From: Owenia fusiformis
Lineage: Eukaryota
Direction: 5' to 3'
DNA length: 64,000 nt
NCBI GenBank assembly: GCA_903813345.2
Contig: CAIIXF020000001.1
Coordinates: forward strand, 27,900,001-27,964,000
Part shown: positions 25,135 to 37,771 of the stretch, one piece after another
How the letters are laid out: each line of letters starts with the position of its first letter
How positions within the stretch are numbered: position 1 is the stretch's first letter
The notes under the pieces: model-generated
Database searches by the model: none
What the model saw: only the letters and a program-made list of their open reading frames with translations
Told to the model about the DNA's origin: nothing
Translations under genes and position numbers: made by a program

Positions 25135-25595
25135 TTACTCGATTCACTAGCTCAGCTAGATGTAACTTCATTGATTTTGTATATAATCTAAAAAAAGTGT
25201 CACACGCACCTAGAACTCCTATTTAATAATTCTTATAAATATTCATACATAAGAATATTGATTATATTTAAGTTGAAACGTTGCTTATCTGGATAAGATA
25301 TTTCAAAATTTCTTTTCGGAAAGAACCTCAAAGTCCGCAATTTATACAGCTCACTCAGCAGAAAAATGGAGGCCATTTTGAAATGGAATTCCACCTAGTT
25401 AAATTAAAATATATATCACAATCGATTAGGATATGAGCTGATATTCTGCAAATGTATGTGTAAAGGTATGTTTCATATATAATTATGCCATAATAACTGT
25501 GTGTGTGTCACCATGATTTACAAATCATGAATATCAGGGCGGTTGTAAACAATCACTCAAAGCCGGAATATAGAGAAGGCTTTGGACCTAAGTAA
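25135..25595. mobile_element. ~460-bp non-autonomous element, TTACT...AGTAA ends, 8-bp TSD, in the RCC1L / CoA-transferase intergenic region
   Basis: TSD GACATGTC/GACATGTT (25127-25134, 25596-25603). Homologous at both ends to 50560-51025. Confidence 0.85.
25345..25595. promoter_or_regulatory. Candidate bidirectional promoter and first non-coding exons of the two divergent genes
   Basis: Near-palindromic YY1-like AAAATGGAGGCCATTTT at ~25363-25379. Minus-strand donor CTGA|GTGAGC at ~25354. Plus-strand donors AAAG|GTATGT (~25466) and CTAA|GTAAGA (25592). Both genes have splice acceptors just upstream of their ATG. Confidence 0.45.
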
Positions 25596-26053
25596 GACAT
25601 GTTGATCCCTCAGTATTTTGTTCAAAAAAGTGGGCGATAATATAAAGAAAATTGATTAAACTCAATTTTTCCAAAGTATTATCTTGATAAGCAATAATAG
25701 AAATAATTTAATGATAACAAGGAATTCAGTGTACTTATTTCGATCAATAATACCTTATAAATGCGCCATAATTAGTGTAAACGTGTTGAATTTAGATTTT
25801 CTAATTTCAGAATTTTACCTCCACTTTGAAGATCATAAAGTACCCCTTGAATTTATCCAAATATATGGTTCATTCAATGGCATATATTGGCCTACCTATG
25901 AGTTATATCATAAAATTATTGAACCTTTTCAACAGAAGTCTATACCTCCATGACATATGAATGCAATTTTGAATAGTTCTATGACACAAAAAATTGAAAC
26001 GGACTTAATAATCTCAAGGTCAAATAATTTCCATTCAAGAGGTCTTCAGGAAA

Positions 26054-29000
26054 ATGGCAACAACAAATACTGTGAAATTTCTCCGCCGCTTTTCCGGTAT
26101 ATTGCAGAAGCAGCAGGCGTTACCCTTGCACAAACACAACTCAAATCTACAGAAGAGGACATTCTACTTGTATTCACAGGAACCATTTCACCCTATCCCC
26201 GGGAAGGAGCCAGAGCACTGCAAAGCAGCAGAAGCAGTCAAAGTTGTCCAATCAGGTTTGTTCACCTTCAAATGACATACTGACCTGACTTGTTTGTTTA
26301 CAATACACCACCCAGAAAAATATTGTTACATCTTCCCCTTGTAATTTGTACACTCAAGATCATACAAAGTAGATTACAGTAGGCCTATAAAGGATGCAGA
26401 TTTTTTCAATAAGAATTTGATTTCAAATCTCAAATCTAATAATGACAAATTCAGCCTTCTCAGGGCTAAAAGTACATGGACAGATGTATTGTACACTAGA
26501 CTTACTTCCTGCGAAAGCTATTTGGATTTTGATATAATAGCTTTCCCACGGAGCATTCGGACAGCTGAATGATTGTGACCTTTGAAATCGAATTAAGTCG
26601 ATCCGCAGCTTACTTTTGGTCTCTAACTGTGTCTTACATCAGTATCATCAATCCGTGTAAGTATTAGAGCGCTGAAATACTTCTTTTTCGATCAAGACTT
26701 GTAATTTGTTCATCGAGTGAATGTTTTTTAGACCTATTTCCAATATGGCGGTTTGCTAGGAGCGAGATACGCAACAAACGAAATGAATTTTGAGAATTAG
26801 TTAGGTTCGGACAACCTCCGGAGGTTTACGGAAATGTCCGAGCAGAAAACGCCATATTGGAATTTGGCAGTAAAAACATTCACTCGACTAACAATTACAA
26901 GTCTTGATCGAAAAGGAAGTACTTCAGCGCTCCAATACTTACACGGATTGATGATACTGATGTAAGACATAGTAAGAGACCAAAAGTAAGCCGCGGATCG
27001 ACTTAATTCGATTTCAAAGGTCACTATTAATCAGCTGTTCACTTCCCCATTTGAGAGCCATAAGTTTCAAAATCTAACATGGCTCTCGAAGTGAGTAACA
27101 CTAGACTAGTCCATGCACATGTCATCATCTCATATCAATTTTATTCCATAGGACATCGAGTATACATCCATGGAGTTGCAGCTACACCCATTCCATTGGT
27201 GGAAGCACTGGCCAATCATGGCATAGAATCAAATCTCCGGGATGTTGAGCTGTTACATATTCACACTGCAGGCCCAGGAACATTTGCGCAGAAAGAATAT
27301 GAAGGTTTGCCTATATTTTGTAGCATTTACATGTACTGTAGTTTTGCTCTATCATTCTGGCGGACAATAAAGTACACTCACTAGGGGAAAGCAAATTTAT
27401 GAAAAAATTTAAGTATGTTTGTTTACTGAAAAATGAACTGATTTTTTCAGTTTAAAATTCAGTAGAAATATACAATGAAAAAATGCTGACTTTTAATTAA
27501 CAAAAAATGTACTGACTGTACAGGTAGCCAGAGAGCCTCCAAATTTTTTTGCATGCATACATTCTTTCTGGTTTTGTATGTTCTTGTATATTTACATGTT
27601 TTTCGATTGATCCAAAAAGTGCCTTACTCCCTTTTCTGATCCTTAAGATTGACATTTGCATTATCTTGTCTTACAAATCAGTTTAAAAATTATTTTGTTG
27701 ATAGTCAGCATTGAAGTTTTATTATTACTAAGGAACCCCGACCTTTCCAACTTCTGAAGTGATCAAACTGTTATTATAAATGTAGATGACATGTGAGATC
27801 TAAAACTATTTCATCGAAAGTACAAACTTTTTATTGAAGCTACGGGTACTTTACATTACAGGAATATTTAGAAGCAACTCTCTGTTTATGGGGCCTAATG
27901 TTCGTGAAGCCGTGAATGCTGGGAGAGCTGATGTCATGCCTATATTTCTCAGTGATATTCCACATTTGTTTCGCAGGAGAATACTCAATCTTGATGTTGC
28001 TATGGTTTCTGTAAGTATAGAATACAAAGAGAACATGATGCATACTACGTTACAACTAAACTATGTGATATATGTATCCATTATTACCAATAGAATAAGG
28101 GATTTGCGTATTAGGACCTGTCGCAAAAATTTAATCAAATTCAGTTGTATGCACAATAAAAATATTAACCAAAAGGCAATAATTTGAATAATACATGTAT
28201 GATTAAATAAGTGCATCATAATGGCTTTTTGTAGCCAGGCATTAGACAGGCAAGGCAGCTTCCTCGACAAAATTTTACAGAGTGATATGAATCTAGACAT
28301 TGCTTACCTTTTCAAATTTGCCTTGTCTATAAAACCCTTGCAATGAATAGGTTATTGTGCTAATAAATCCATTAACAAAAAGCAAAACAGAGTATTACAT
28401 CAACTGGAAAGCAGTAAGGGTAAAGTGCTGGCCCTGATACTAACCCTTGAAAAAATAGAAATAAATCTCATAAAATACTCAAATGTGAGGAATGGGATGA
28501 GTAAGAGATGAAAATTCTGTGGAAGGTATTTATATATGTTAGTGAGGGTCCAAAAGACCACAAGGGCTTAGTTCAAAACGACTGTTGTCACTTAACTGAT
28601 CAACAATTTTGCTTCTCTCTATGACTGTATAGGTAAGCCCCCCAGATGAACATGGGTATTGTACGCTAGGACCCAGTGTGGATTGTACAAGAGCTGCAGT
28701 GCAAAATGCTAAAACCATTGTGGGTATGTTGATAAGTATTATTTCATCATTCCTTTTTTTATTTTACAACACAGCAAACACAGAAATACAGTACTTGTAG
28801 TACATTCATACTTTATAAACCTCAGGGCTCTGATTTTCAAACTGGTTGAATAAATGGTACAATTGTAGGCCTGCTTGAATTCACTTGTTCCATCACTGAG
28901 TTGTGTTTGAGAAAATTATTAGGATTGGGTGAATTTTCCTGCTTAATAAAATGACAACAAGCAGTTGCAGGCATTTTTATTTAGCATTCTTTTTAGATAA

Positions 29001-32000
29001 CATTCTTTCCAGAATGTACTGTACGTATGTGACGTATTATTTGTCCTGCCATAATATTTGTGACATTTTATTGTTTTAAAGGTATGGTCAACAAGAATAT
29101 GCCAAGGACATTTGGGGATGGAATAATTCACAAATCACACTTTGACTACATGGTAGAAGGGCACATGCCCCTTCCTGAGCTGTCCAAACATGAACTAGAT
29201 CTGCTCATGGTTGATCTCCCCCTGAGTGATGATTATGTAAACCCTTCAGAAAGAGAGCAGAAAATTGGCAAAAGTATCGCAGAAAATCTCGTAACTGATG
29301 GAGCAACTTTACAAATGGGTATGTTCTTTTTATGACACTGAAAAAAAGCTACATTGTAACCTTGTGCTGAGGAGCACCTGGAACATGCAGGTGAGCAGGA
29401 GCATCAACCTTGTCATCGAAATTCCTGCGCATCCTTTCAACTTGAAAATAGATGGAATTTCAAATCTGACTTAAGATTTGAGATTTGACTTTCAATGACC
29501 TTCTCAAGGTCGAAAAAGGTCAAAAAGGTAGCTTTCAACTCGCTTCAAATTGACTATTTTTTCTTTTAAATCATCTACAAGTTCTCAAAAGTTCAAATGT
29601 AGATTTGACCTTCAATGACATTCTCAAGGTCAAAAGGGTCTTTTTTCATCTTGCTTCAAATTGACCAATTTTTTTTCAAAATCATCTACAAGTTCTCAGA
29701 AGTTCAAATCTGACTTTAGTTTTGAGATTTCATCTTCAATGACCTTCTCAGGGTCAAAAAAGGTGGTGACATTTTGTCATGTTAATGCCTTGTTGCTGAT
29801 TGCATTACAAATGCTCATTTATGAGAACAATTAACATGAATTTCCAAGATACAAGTTTTCTTGTGTGATTTTACCTCAAATCCTTTAAGAAATTTTTTCC
29901 AGACTAAGTGCCTGTGTAGCTATTTGAATAATTTTAATAATTGTTTCATCATTGAGAATTCCATTAATTTCAATCTTCTTGTCTATCCAGGTATTGGCAA
30001 TATCCCAAACATAGTTTTAAAGCATCTCCACAACCATAAAGACCTAGGTGTCCACACTGAGATGTTCAGTGATGGAGTGATTGACCTTGTGGAGAATGGA
30101 AACATCACAAATGCAAAGAAAGTTATACAACCTGGCAAGATCGTAGGAGCATTCTGTGTTGGCACTAGACGCTTGTATGACTTCTTGGATGACAACCCTT
30201 TTGTAGGTAAGGAATTGTGCTGATTCAAAATAAATGTTATCAAAACCTTTTGGTTGAACAAAACATGTACTTCCATTTAGCATACATTGAATTTGATGTG
30301 TATATCATATTGAAGCCTAAATGTGTGTAGGTTCATTGAAAAATTGATTGATGTTTGTTGATTCGATAGAAATAACGGAGACAATAATATCAGTTTGGCA
30401 AAACTATAATTATGGCTTTACAATATACATCAGAGAGTCTTAATTATTAGTCTTTTATAATAAAGTTGATATTTTGTGTCGACTTCAGGTTCAGATCAAA
30501 AACTAACTCTCTCCACAGCCTGCGCTGTGCTTATATACCTCGAAACAAATGAGCCATCTACTATATTTAACTTTGAGAAACAAAACTTATATACAATAGT
30601 GACATCTTAAAGTAGAATTGCTTCAATCAAGGGCTTTCAAGAGATATATTTCTACATTGCAGTAATGGGAGATGTGGCTCATGTGTGTAACACAGCAGTA
30701 ATAGCACAGAATCCACGAGTGACAGCCATCAACTCTTGTATTGAAGTGGACATAACAGGCCAGGTCGTCTCTGACAGCATTGGAAACAAAATGCATTCTG
30801 GTATTTATATTACTGTATATCAAATTATACATGTATATATATTGATGTAGCTAGCTTAGATTAATTAAAGATCATTCACCCAAACTAGTTCATGTATTAA
30901 GTGAATCTTGTAAAAAGTTCAAATGTTAATTGTGTAACAAAACCAAAATCAGAGTACCAGAGTAATTTTAATACTCAAAATTATGCTTATTATAGAAGCA
31001 AGGCATTTCATGAGGCCTATTGACTCTTACCTAAATAGCAAAATATATACACATATATAATCTAATATTTTAGCATATTGTCTTTATTATTGTCTTCATT
31101 ATTAAGAGGTCTGGACTAAAAAGTGCATCTCTAGTGAGCATTATGATTTCTATGGTTACCATTTACGCAACAAATACCAGAATCAGAAAAGATCTTCTTC
31201 TAAACATATTTATTTTTTTCTAGTAGTAAAGGAATGTGACAGTTGCAACCATAAATCATATTTGATGAATGTCGATGTGAAAACACATCCAAAAATCTGG
31301 ATTTTGATGTCTTTGAAAACCTCATGAGAATGTTTTCTTTCAAGGTGTTGGAGGTCAGATTGACTTCATTAGAGGAGCATCACAAGGTTTAGATGGCTTG
31401 GGGAAACCTATATTGGCTATGACTTCTACAACACGTCATGGTCAGACAAAAATAGTACCCGACATTCACAAGGGTGAGGCTTTAAAAATGTTATATTAAA
31501 AAAATACAAACCGTGGATCCCATGCAGGCCTGTAGCCAGGGGGGGTTCGCCCCCCCCCCTGGCCAAAAATTCTTTCAAAAGCATGCAGTTTTCACCATTT
31601 TGAGCACTTCTCAAGTAATTTTAGCCATATTTGGGCCAAAATTGTCAAATAAGAACTCCCCCTGGAAATTTTTGAAAACTGAACCCCCCTTGGCAAATCC
31701 TGACTACGGGCCTGCCATGACTGAATCCAATTCCTAGTATTCAGAATATGTAACAAAATTTTGGATAAGTCTAGCTATTCATTGATTTACTAGAGTATTC
31801 CAGTAATTGTTTGTGTACATGTAAGTGCAAAATAAGCATATTGGCAATAAGCTACCTTAATATGAATACACTTCATTGTTTAAATTCTTGTTTCAAAGAA
31901 ATCACACGCTTTTTACAGGAAATAAAAAATTCGTATTACAAAAATATTTCCTAGAAGGGAGACCAATTTGATGTTAAAAAGACTTGAGAGCATAACGAAA

Positions 32001-32231
32001 AAGTCATTGTTATTTAAACTTATTTAAATCTATGTGATTCTTTCAGGTGCGGGAGTGGTGACCACGAGGGCACACGTTCACTATATTGTCACTGAATACG
32101 GAATCGCAAATCTCTTTGGAAAAAATATCAGACAGAGGGCATATGAACTGATACGTATTGCTCACCCTGATCATCAAGAAGAGTTAGAAAAAGCAGCATT
32201 TGAGAAACTTAATATCATGCCAACTCCCTAA
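26054..32231 (+). CDS. Acetyl-CoA hydrolase/transferase family protein (4-hydroxybutyrate CoA-transferase / acetate:succinate CoA-transferase-like), probably mitochondrial; 9 coding exons, 499 aa
   Basis: Exons 26054-26255, 27152-27304, 27862-28010, 28633-28723, 29082-29318, 29991-30206, 30663-30800, 31345-31473, 32047-32231. GT-AG, total 1500 nt. Motifs FRSNSLF, VSPPDEHGYCTLG, MPRTFGD, DGATLQMGIGNIP, LGVHTEMFSDG (catalytic Glu), EVDITGQV, SGVGGQIDF, VTEYG, IAHPD. Basic presequence-like N-terminus. Confidence 0.95.
26502..27098. mobile_element. 597-bp foldback MITE, TTACT...AGTAA ends, 8-bp TSD (isomer 1)
   Basis: TSD CACTAGAC at 26494-26501 and 27099-27106. ~150-bp inner inverted arms. Second copy at 46295-46891. 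Confidence 0.92.
31525..31714. mobile_element. MITE CAGGCCYGTAGCCAG...CTGRCTACGGGCCTG with 5-bp TSD
   Basis: TSD CCATG at 31520-31524 and 31715-31719. Related copy at 41098-41282. Confidence 0.8.
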
Positions 32232-32485
32232 ATGCTAAATTTAATTGAATGACAATTTGGATAAATTAGGGTAAAACCTTCTGCCATTGGCTGCCATTAT
32301 ATTTTGATATTTTTACTTATAGCTGCACAGTATATACTAATAAAAGCAGTTAGGGGGCTTGTAGATCCATAATTAGATGGCGCTGGGTGATGTGCTTACC
32401 AGCAACACTGGATAATTTAGCCTGTCTACACTGATTTTATGATTTGCTGTATAAAGCGCTGTTTCAAATCACATACACATGTACA

Positions 32486-32593
32486 TAGCCTTGTCCAAGT
32501 CTGTCTCTTTTACTTATCTTGATTTCTATTATGACCGGCTGTAATAATTCAAGATCAGATAAGTAAAAAAAAATACTGACTTTGGCAAGGCTA
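32486..32593. mobile_element. ~110-bp MITE, TAGCCTTG...CAAGGCTA, in the CoA-transferase 3' region
   Basis: Flanked by ACATGTACA on both sides (32477-32485, 32594-32602). Inverted copy at 40889-40998. Confidence 0.8.
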
Positions 32594-32789
32594 ACATGTA
32601 CAATAAAACGAGTGTATGGAATTATAACACTTCTCAAATGAAGACCTTCTACACTTTCTGCTATAATAGCTTGATGGTAGATGTTTGCATGACATGACTA
32701 ACTGTATTCTGAATAAGCCAGTTTCTAAAGTCGTTTACTATAGGCTTTTTAGCCAAGCCTTATGTTTTACATAATAGAAAGAATATCTG

Positions 32790-32945
32790 TTTAGATAGAA
32801 AGCCTGTGTATTAAGATAGAAAGCCTGTGTATTAAGATAGAAAGCCTGTGTATTTAGATAGAAAGCACATGTATTTACACAGAATGCCCATATATTTATT
32901 AGTACATAGAAAGCCCATATATATACATTATTAAATATGGGCATA
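32790..32945. repeat. 21-bp minisatellite (AGATAGAAAGCCTGTGTATTA), ~6-7 decaying units
   Basis: Tandem units visible directly; they explain the repetitive AFYLNTQ ORF. Confidence 0.85.
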
Positions 32946-34309
32946 TTCTATTTCCTGAACCAGCTTATATGTTCTCTGTATTAAGCCACATTTTTGAGAG
33001 ATACCATAGTAATATTAAAATGGTTTTTACTATTATACACTTTAAATATGATTATACATGTATCTTATATTTGTTAATTAGAATATTGGAAAACTTTTTC
33101 TGTTTGATATTAATTGTGCCATATTTTTGAAAATGCAATTGCAATGTCAGATTTAAATTCATTGACTGATTGTGCCATACTTTAAAAAAAATGCATTCAT
33201 TGTATTTAAAATGAATAAGTTCTTTCAATATGTTGTCTTCTATCTCATTTATTTTCATAGTTAGATAAATAACTAAGCACAAGAAAGACAACAAACTTCT
33301 AAGTAAACAAGTAATGTCAGACTCATAAACAGGCATGGTGCAATTTGGTATATGAAAAAAAGATTTTAGAATACTTTGGTGCTGCAAAATTGGCCAAAAT
33401 TTCATTTTGTACTGTGAAGACAAGTAAATCATGACTTTTACGTACATAATATTCAGATATTATAAAAGCTGTTTAAAAAGCTTTGTCTTTAACTTTTTAT
33501 GATGGCATGATTTCAGTATCACGTAACCTTATAATTTAAAGTGAAGCTATTTGATGCAAAAACCAAGTATATTTATAATTCTCATGTTGATTTATAAAGG
33601 TTTCATATGGTTGTTATGATTCTAGAAGTTTGCAGGCTTTCTGATATTGCTGTTTTATGCTTTGTTAATTGTAATTTGACCAAGTTGATTACTTTTGGAC
33701 AGCAAAATATATTCTTAATATAACTATGAAAATTAAATTAAAGCTCCATAAAATGGAACTTGCAATGAATCTCCATAAAATGGAACTTTGAGTTGTATGA
33801 TGTACATGTACAGTGCATGTCTATATGTATAGTATGTGACGTGTACTTTAATTAATATGTTTCAAATTGTGTAATACTAAAATATATAATTATTTTGCAA
33901 AAAATCAACAAATTTTGTTTTTATGGCTTTCTGTATTCTTCTTTCTCTTGAAGTCATGGATAAAGAACGGGGCGTCTCAAATATCAATACATTTCTTTTT
34001 CATTTAAATGAAAATCCTTGTAAAATGTTGGAATAGATGGTGTTGTCATAAGTTTGCAAGATAGGATAAAGTTGCAGCAGTAATGGACAGAGTGAAGAAG
34101 AGGGATGTAAATGTTTCAAGAATCATGTCAATTTGTCCCTTACCATCCAATATTTAATATCTGAAAATAATGTACTTGGAGGGCACTTGATTCCAAATTC
34201 ACCAGGATCGAATATAGAAATATCCCTCCTTTCAGGTATTACTTTATAATCTAGGTACATTTATGTATTTTTATGCAAAACTGAAAAATGTGGAATGTAT
34301 GTATTGAAT

Positions 34310-34715
34310 GTTTTTATCGCACCTTAAGGTGCTATATTGTAATCAGTTCGCCGGGCGGTTGGGCGGGCGGGCGTCCCGAATAATCTTGTCTACAGGTTTC
34401 CAGCCAAACCGTTTGAGGGATTCTTTTGAAATTTTCAGGGATGTTTCTACCTATGAAAGTTTAGAACTGATTAGTTTTTCGGCATTCTGGGTAAATGTTA
34501 AGGCGGCCATTTTGGATTTTCCGTCCTAAAATCTTGTCTGTCAAGGCTTGTCTACAGGTTTCCAGCCAAATCATTTGAGGGATTCATTTGAAATTCTCAG
34601 GGATGTTTCTACCTATTAAAGTTTAGAACTGATTAGTTTTTCGACATTCTGGATAAATGTTAAGACGGCCATTTCTGTACAAGGGTGCGATATTGTTCAC
34701 CGTGTGTATTTTTCT
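34310..34715. repeat. HINE/DINE-1-like element, second family; related inverted copy at 43373-44348
   Basis: T-run + ATCGCACC...GGTGCGAT subterminal inverted repeat, (GGGC)n microsatellite and a two-unit tandem core. Confidence 0.6.
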
Positions 34716-35242
34716 TATTCTTAATAAAATATCACGCAACGACTTTTATGTCACCACCAAAAAGTGGTAACATATTGTTATGGCTTCTGTTTTTTTTTTG
34801 GCTGTTGGTGGTTGGCGGTTGGCGTCTGCAACAAAATCTTATAACTTCCAATAACTTAACAAATTCTGTTTAGACTGACTTCAATTTTTTCAAAAGTTTT
34901 AAGAAGTTCAAATCTGACTTTATATTTAAGATTTGACCTTCAATGACCTTTTCAAGGTAAAAAAGGATTCTTCAACTTGCATCAAATTGACCAATCTTTT
35001 TTTCAAAATCATCTACAAGTTCTCAAAAGTTCAAATCTGACTATAGTTTTGACATTCATTTTTTCTTTATCATCTACAAGTTCTCAGAAATTCAAATCTG
35101 ACTTAAGATTGAAAATGCCTTGTTCAACAATACAGTGTACAATTGTTGACCTCTCCAGAGGTCAACCGGCAAAATTGTATACAGAGACTGTAAACCGAGA
35201 AACTACTGTTTTCACACGTTTCAATCTGATACAACTATAGTT

Positions 35243-36250
35243 GGGGATGTGCAGAATATTCATTTTCTGTAAAAACTGAAGAATCTGTTGAATCTGAGGA
35301 ATCTGATTTTGGGATGCGCAGAATATTCATTTTCTGTAAAAACTGTCGAATCTGAGGAATCTGATTTGGGGATGTGCAGAATATTCATTTTCTGTAAAAA
35401 CTGAAGAATCTGTTGAATCTGAGGAATCTGATTCTTAGATATTCAGAATTTACATTTTCTGTAAAAACTGTAGAATCTGAGAAATCTGATTTTGGGATGT
35501 GCAGAATATTCATTTTCTGTAAAAACTGTAGAATCTGTTGAATCTGATTTTGGGATGCGCAGAATATTCATTTTTTGTAAAAACTGTCGAATCTGAGGAA
35601 TCTGATTTTGGGATGTACAGAATATTCATTTTCTGCAAAAACTGTAGAATCTGTTGAATCTGAGGAATCTGATTTTTGGATGTACAGAATATTCATTTTC
35701 TGTAAAAACTGAAAAATCTGTTGAATCTGATAAATCAGATTCTTGGATGTGCAGAATATTCATTTTCTGTAAAAACTGTAGAATCTGTTGAATCTGATTT
35801 TGGGATGCGCAGAATATTCATTTTTTGTAAAAACTGTCGAATCTGAGGAATCTGATTTTGGGATGTACAGAATATTCATTTTCTGCAAAAACTGTAGAAT
35901 CTGTTGAATCTGAGGAATCTGATTTTTGGATGTACAGAATATTCATTTTCTGTAAAAACTGAAAAATCTGTTGAATCTGATAAATCAGATTCCTGGATGT
36001 GCAGAACATTCAGATTCTGTAAAAACTGAAGAATCTGAGGAATCTGATTCTCGAATGTACAGAATATTCAGATTCCATAAAAATTGTAGAATCTCTGAAT
36101 CTGAGAAAACTGATTATGGGATGTGAGACTTTTCATTACCTTTAAAAATATAGATCTGAGAATTCTGATCCTGGGATAATCAGTATTTTCAGATTCTGTA
36201 AAAAACTGAAGAATCTGTATGGCAGAATTTTCAGATTTTCAAAAACTGAA
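35243..36250. repeat. Satellite array, 58-67-bp monomers built from 9-bp GAATCTG(NN) subunits, with a 250-bp higher-order duplication
   Basis: Monomer GGGATGTGCAGAATATTCATTTTCTGTAAAAACTG(AAGAATCTG)(TTGAATCTG)(AGGAATCTG)ATTTT. 35495-35744 is repeated almost exactly at 35745-35994. Confidence 0.92.
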
Positions 36251-37271
36251 AACAGTGCCATTTCTGGACAATGTTGCCCGAAGGATAGAGATGGAGATGG
36301 CGTGGGCGTGGCTTACCACGATGGTTGATGTCGAGTCTCGCATCATACGAATGTAATTTTAGGCGATCTTTTTGCATGGGGTGTATGACGGCACTCGGTT
36401 CTGTGTAGCATGTTTTACTCTGTATGACTCGATTGCTCCCGAGTTGTCCTTTTAGACAATTTACAACCTACTAGTATTTGAGCAGTAGAGGGGTTGTTGC
36501 TAAGGTACCGTTCGCCTAGACACATAAATTAAAGCTGAACATACAAACAAAACACTCGATGTCAAAGTCATTTAAAGCCCTCGAAAAGGCCTACATGACC
36601 ACGGCCATGTAGGCCAATATATCTGACATTTTTAAATTCGAGTTCATTATGATTTATATTATGATGCTATACTCACTGGTCAGTATCAAGCGAAGGTTAC
36701 GACCGTCACATTCGCATTTAAGATGGCGGACGGAAAGTGTCGATTTCGATATTTTTAGTTTTCATCGTCGGAATTCAACTACCATATTTTACGTAATCCT
36801 TTGACCATTTGAAGTTTGAACTAAATCCGACTTATTCGCTGGGGTATGATCATTTGTTCATATTATCGTGTGTGGGCGCCATAGTTCTACGTGACCGTAG
36901 AAATGAAAAAAGTTATCCATGTTTTAAATTCTACGGCGAGCCTACGGTCAGTAAAAACTGGATATGCCAAACGGAGACCGCAGATTTCCTACGCTCGTCG
37001 TAGAAAACTGATATCAAGGAATTGCGGTCGACGTACGGTCGCCAAAGAGCAATGTGACAGCGTTCTCCATGTCCGTATGGCGTGATCTATCATTTTGGCG
37101 TAACTCCTGTAACTCCTATATACGAGGATATAGGATATATATATATTATATATGTAACTCCTATATTATCCTAGATAAGATGCGAGTAGAAATAATCTTG
37201 ATTTACGTCATTAAAAATTCAAAATTCAGTCAATCTGATGTCATCACAATTAAAAAGAAATAAAAGAGAAT

Positions 37272-37510
37272 TGTACATTTCGGAGTATGATACTCCGACG
37301 CCGTTTTCAATAGCTTTTACTCTTAGCGTTGTTGGACTTCAAACAGAAGTTAAAGTTACCCGCAAATGATATATTCATTGCATGGAGTCAGTAATTTTCT
37401 TTGATATAGCAAAACATATGAGTAAAAAATAAATTGTGTGGATTTCCTAGTGTTTCTATGCAAATAGCACGCTCCGTCACAGCGGACAACTTTTTCGATA
37501 CCAGCCTGTG
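37272..37510. mobile_element. Solo terminal fragment of the 17209-19329 foldback element
   Basis: Near-identical to the reverse complement of 17209-17450; ends ...GATACCAGCCTGTG. Confidence 0.85.
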
Positions 37511-37707
37511 ATATTGACATGCGTGAATCGACGCACAATGCTATCTTTAGCAGTTTATCATAAATCATTAAAACAATGTATTTCACTTCAAACCATCATT
37601 GAGTAAGTTTATTGGCGCTGAATATGTTATGTACTGTCATCGACCATAAATATGGACAAATTGTGTCAGTTTGACACAGTGACCTGATTCGTGAGGGTGC
37701 GATGGGG

Positions 37708-37714
37708 TATAAAA
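37708..37714 (+). promoter_or_regulatory. Candidate TATA box of the beta-lactamase-like gene
   Basis: TATAAAA 64 nt upstream of the ATG at 37772. Confidence 0.55.
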
Positions 37715-37771
37715 GAAAAGATTTACGCCCATTCCCGCATTCTCTGTTTGACAGCTCACTTGTGATCGACA

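Noticed and set aside
35243-36250. CRISPR-like array
   Set aside because: No unique spacers, no cas genes, and a eukaryotic context. It is a tandem satellite.
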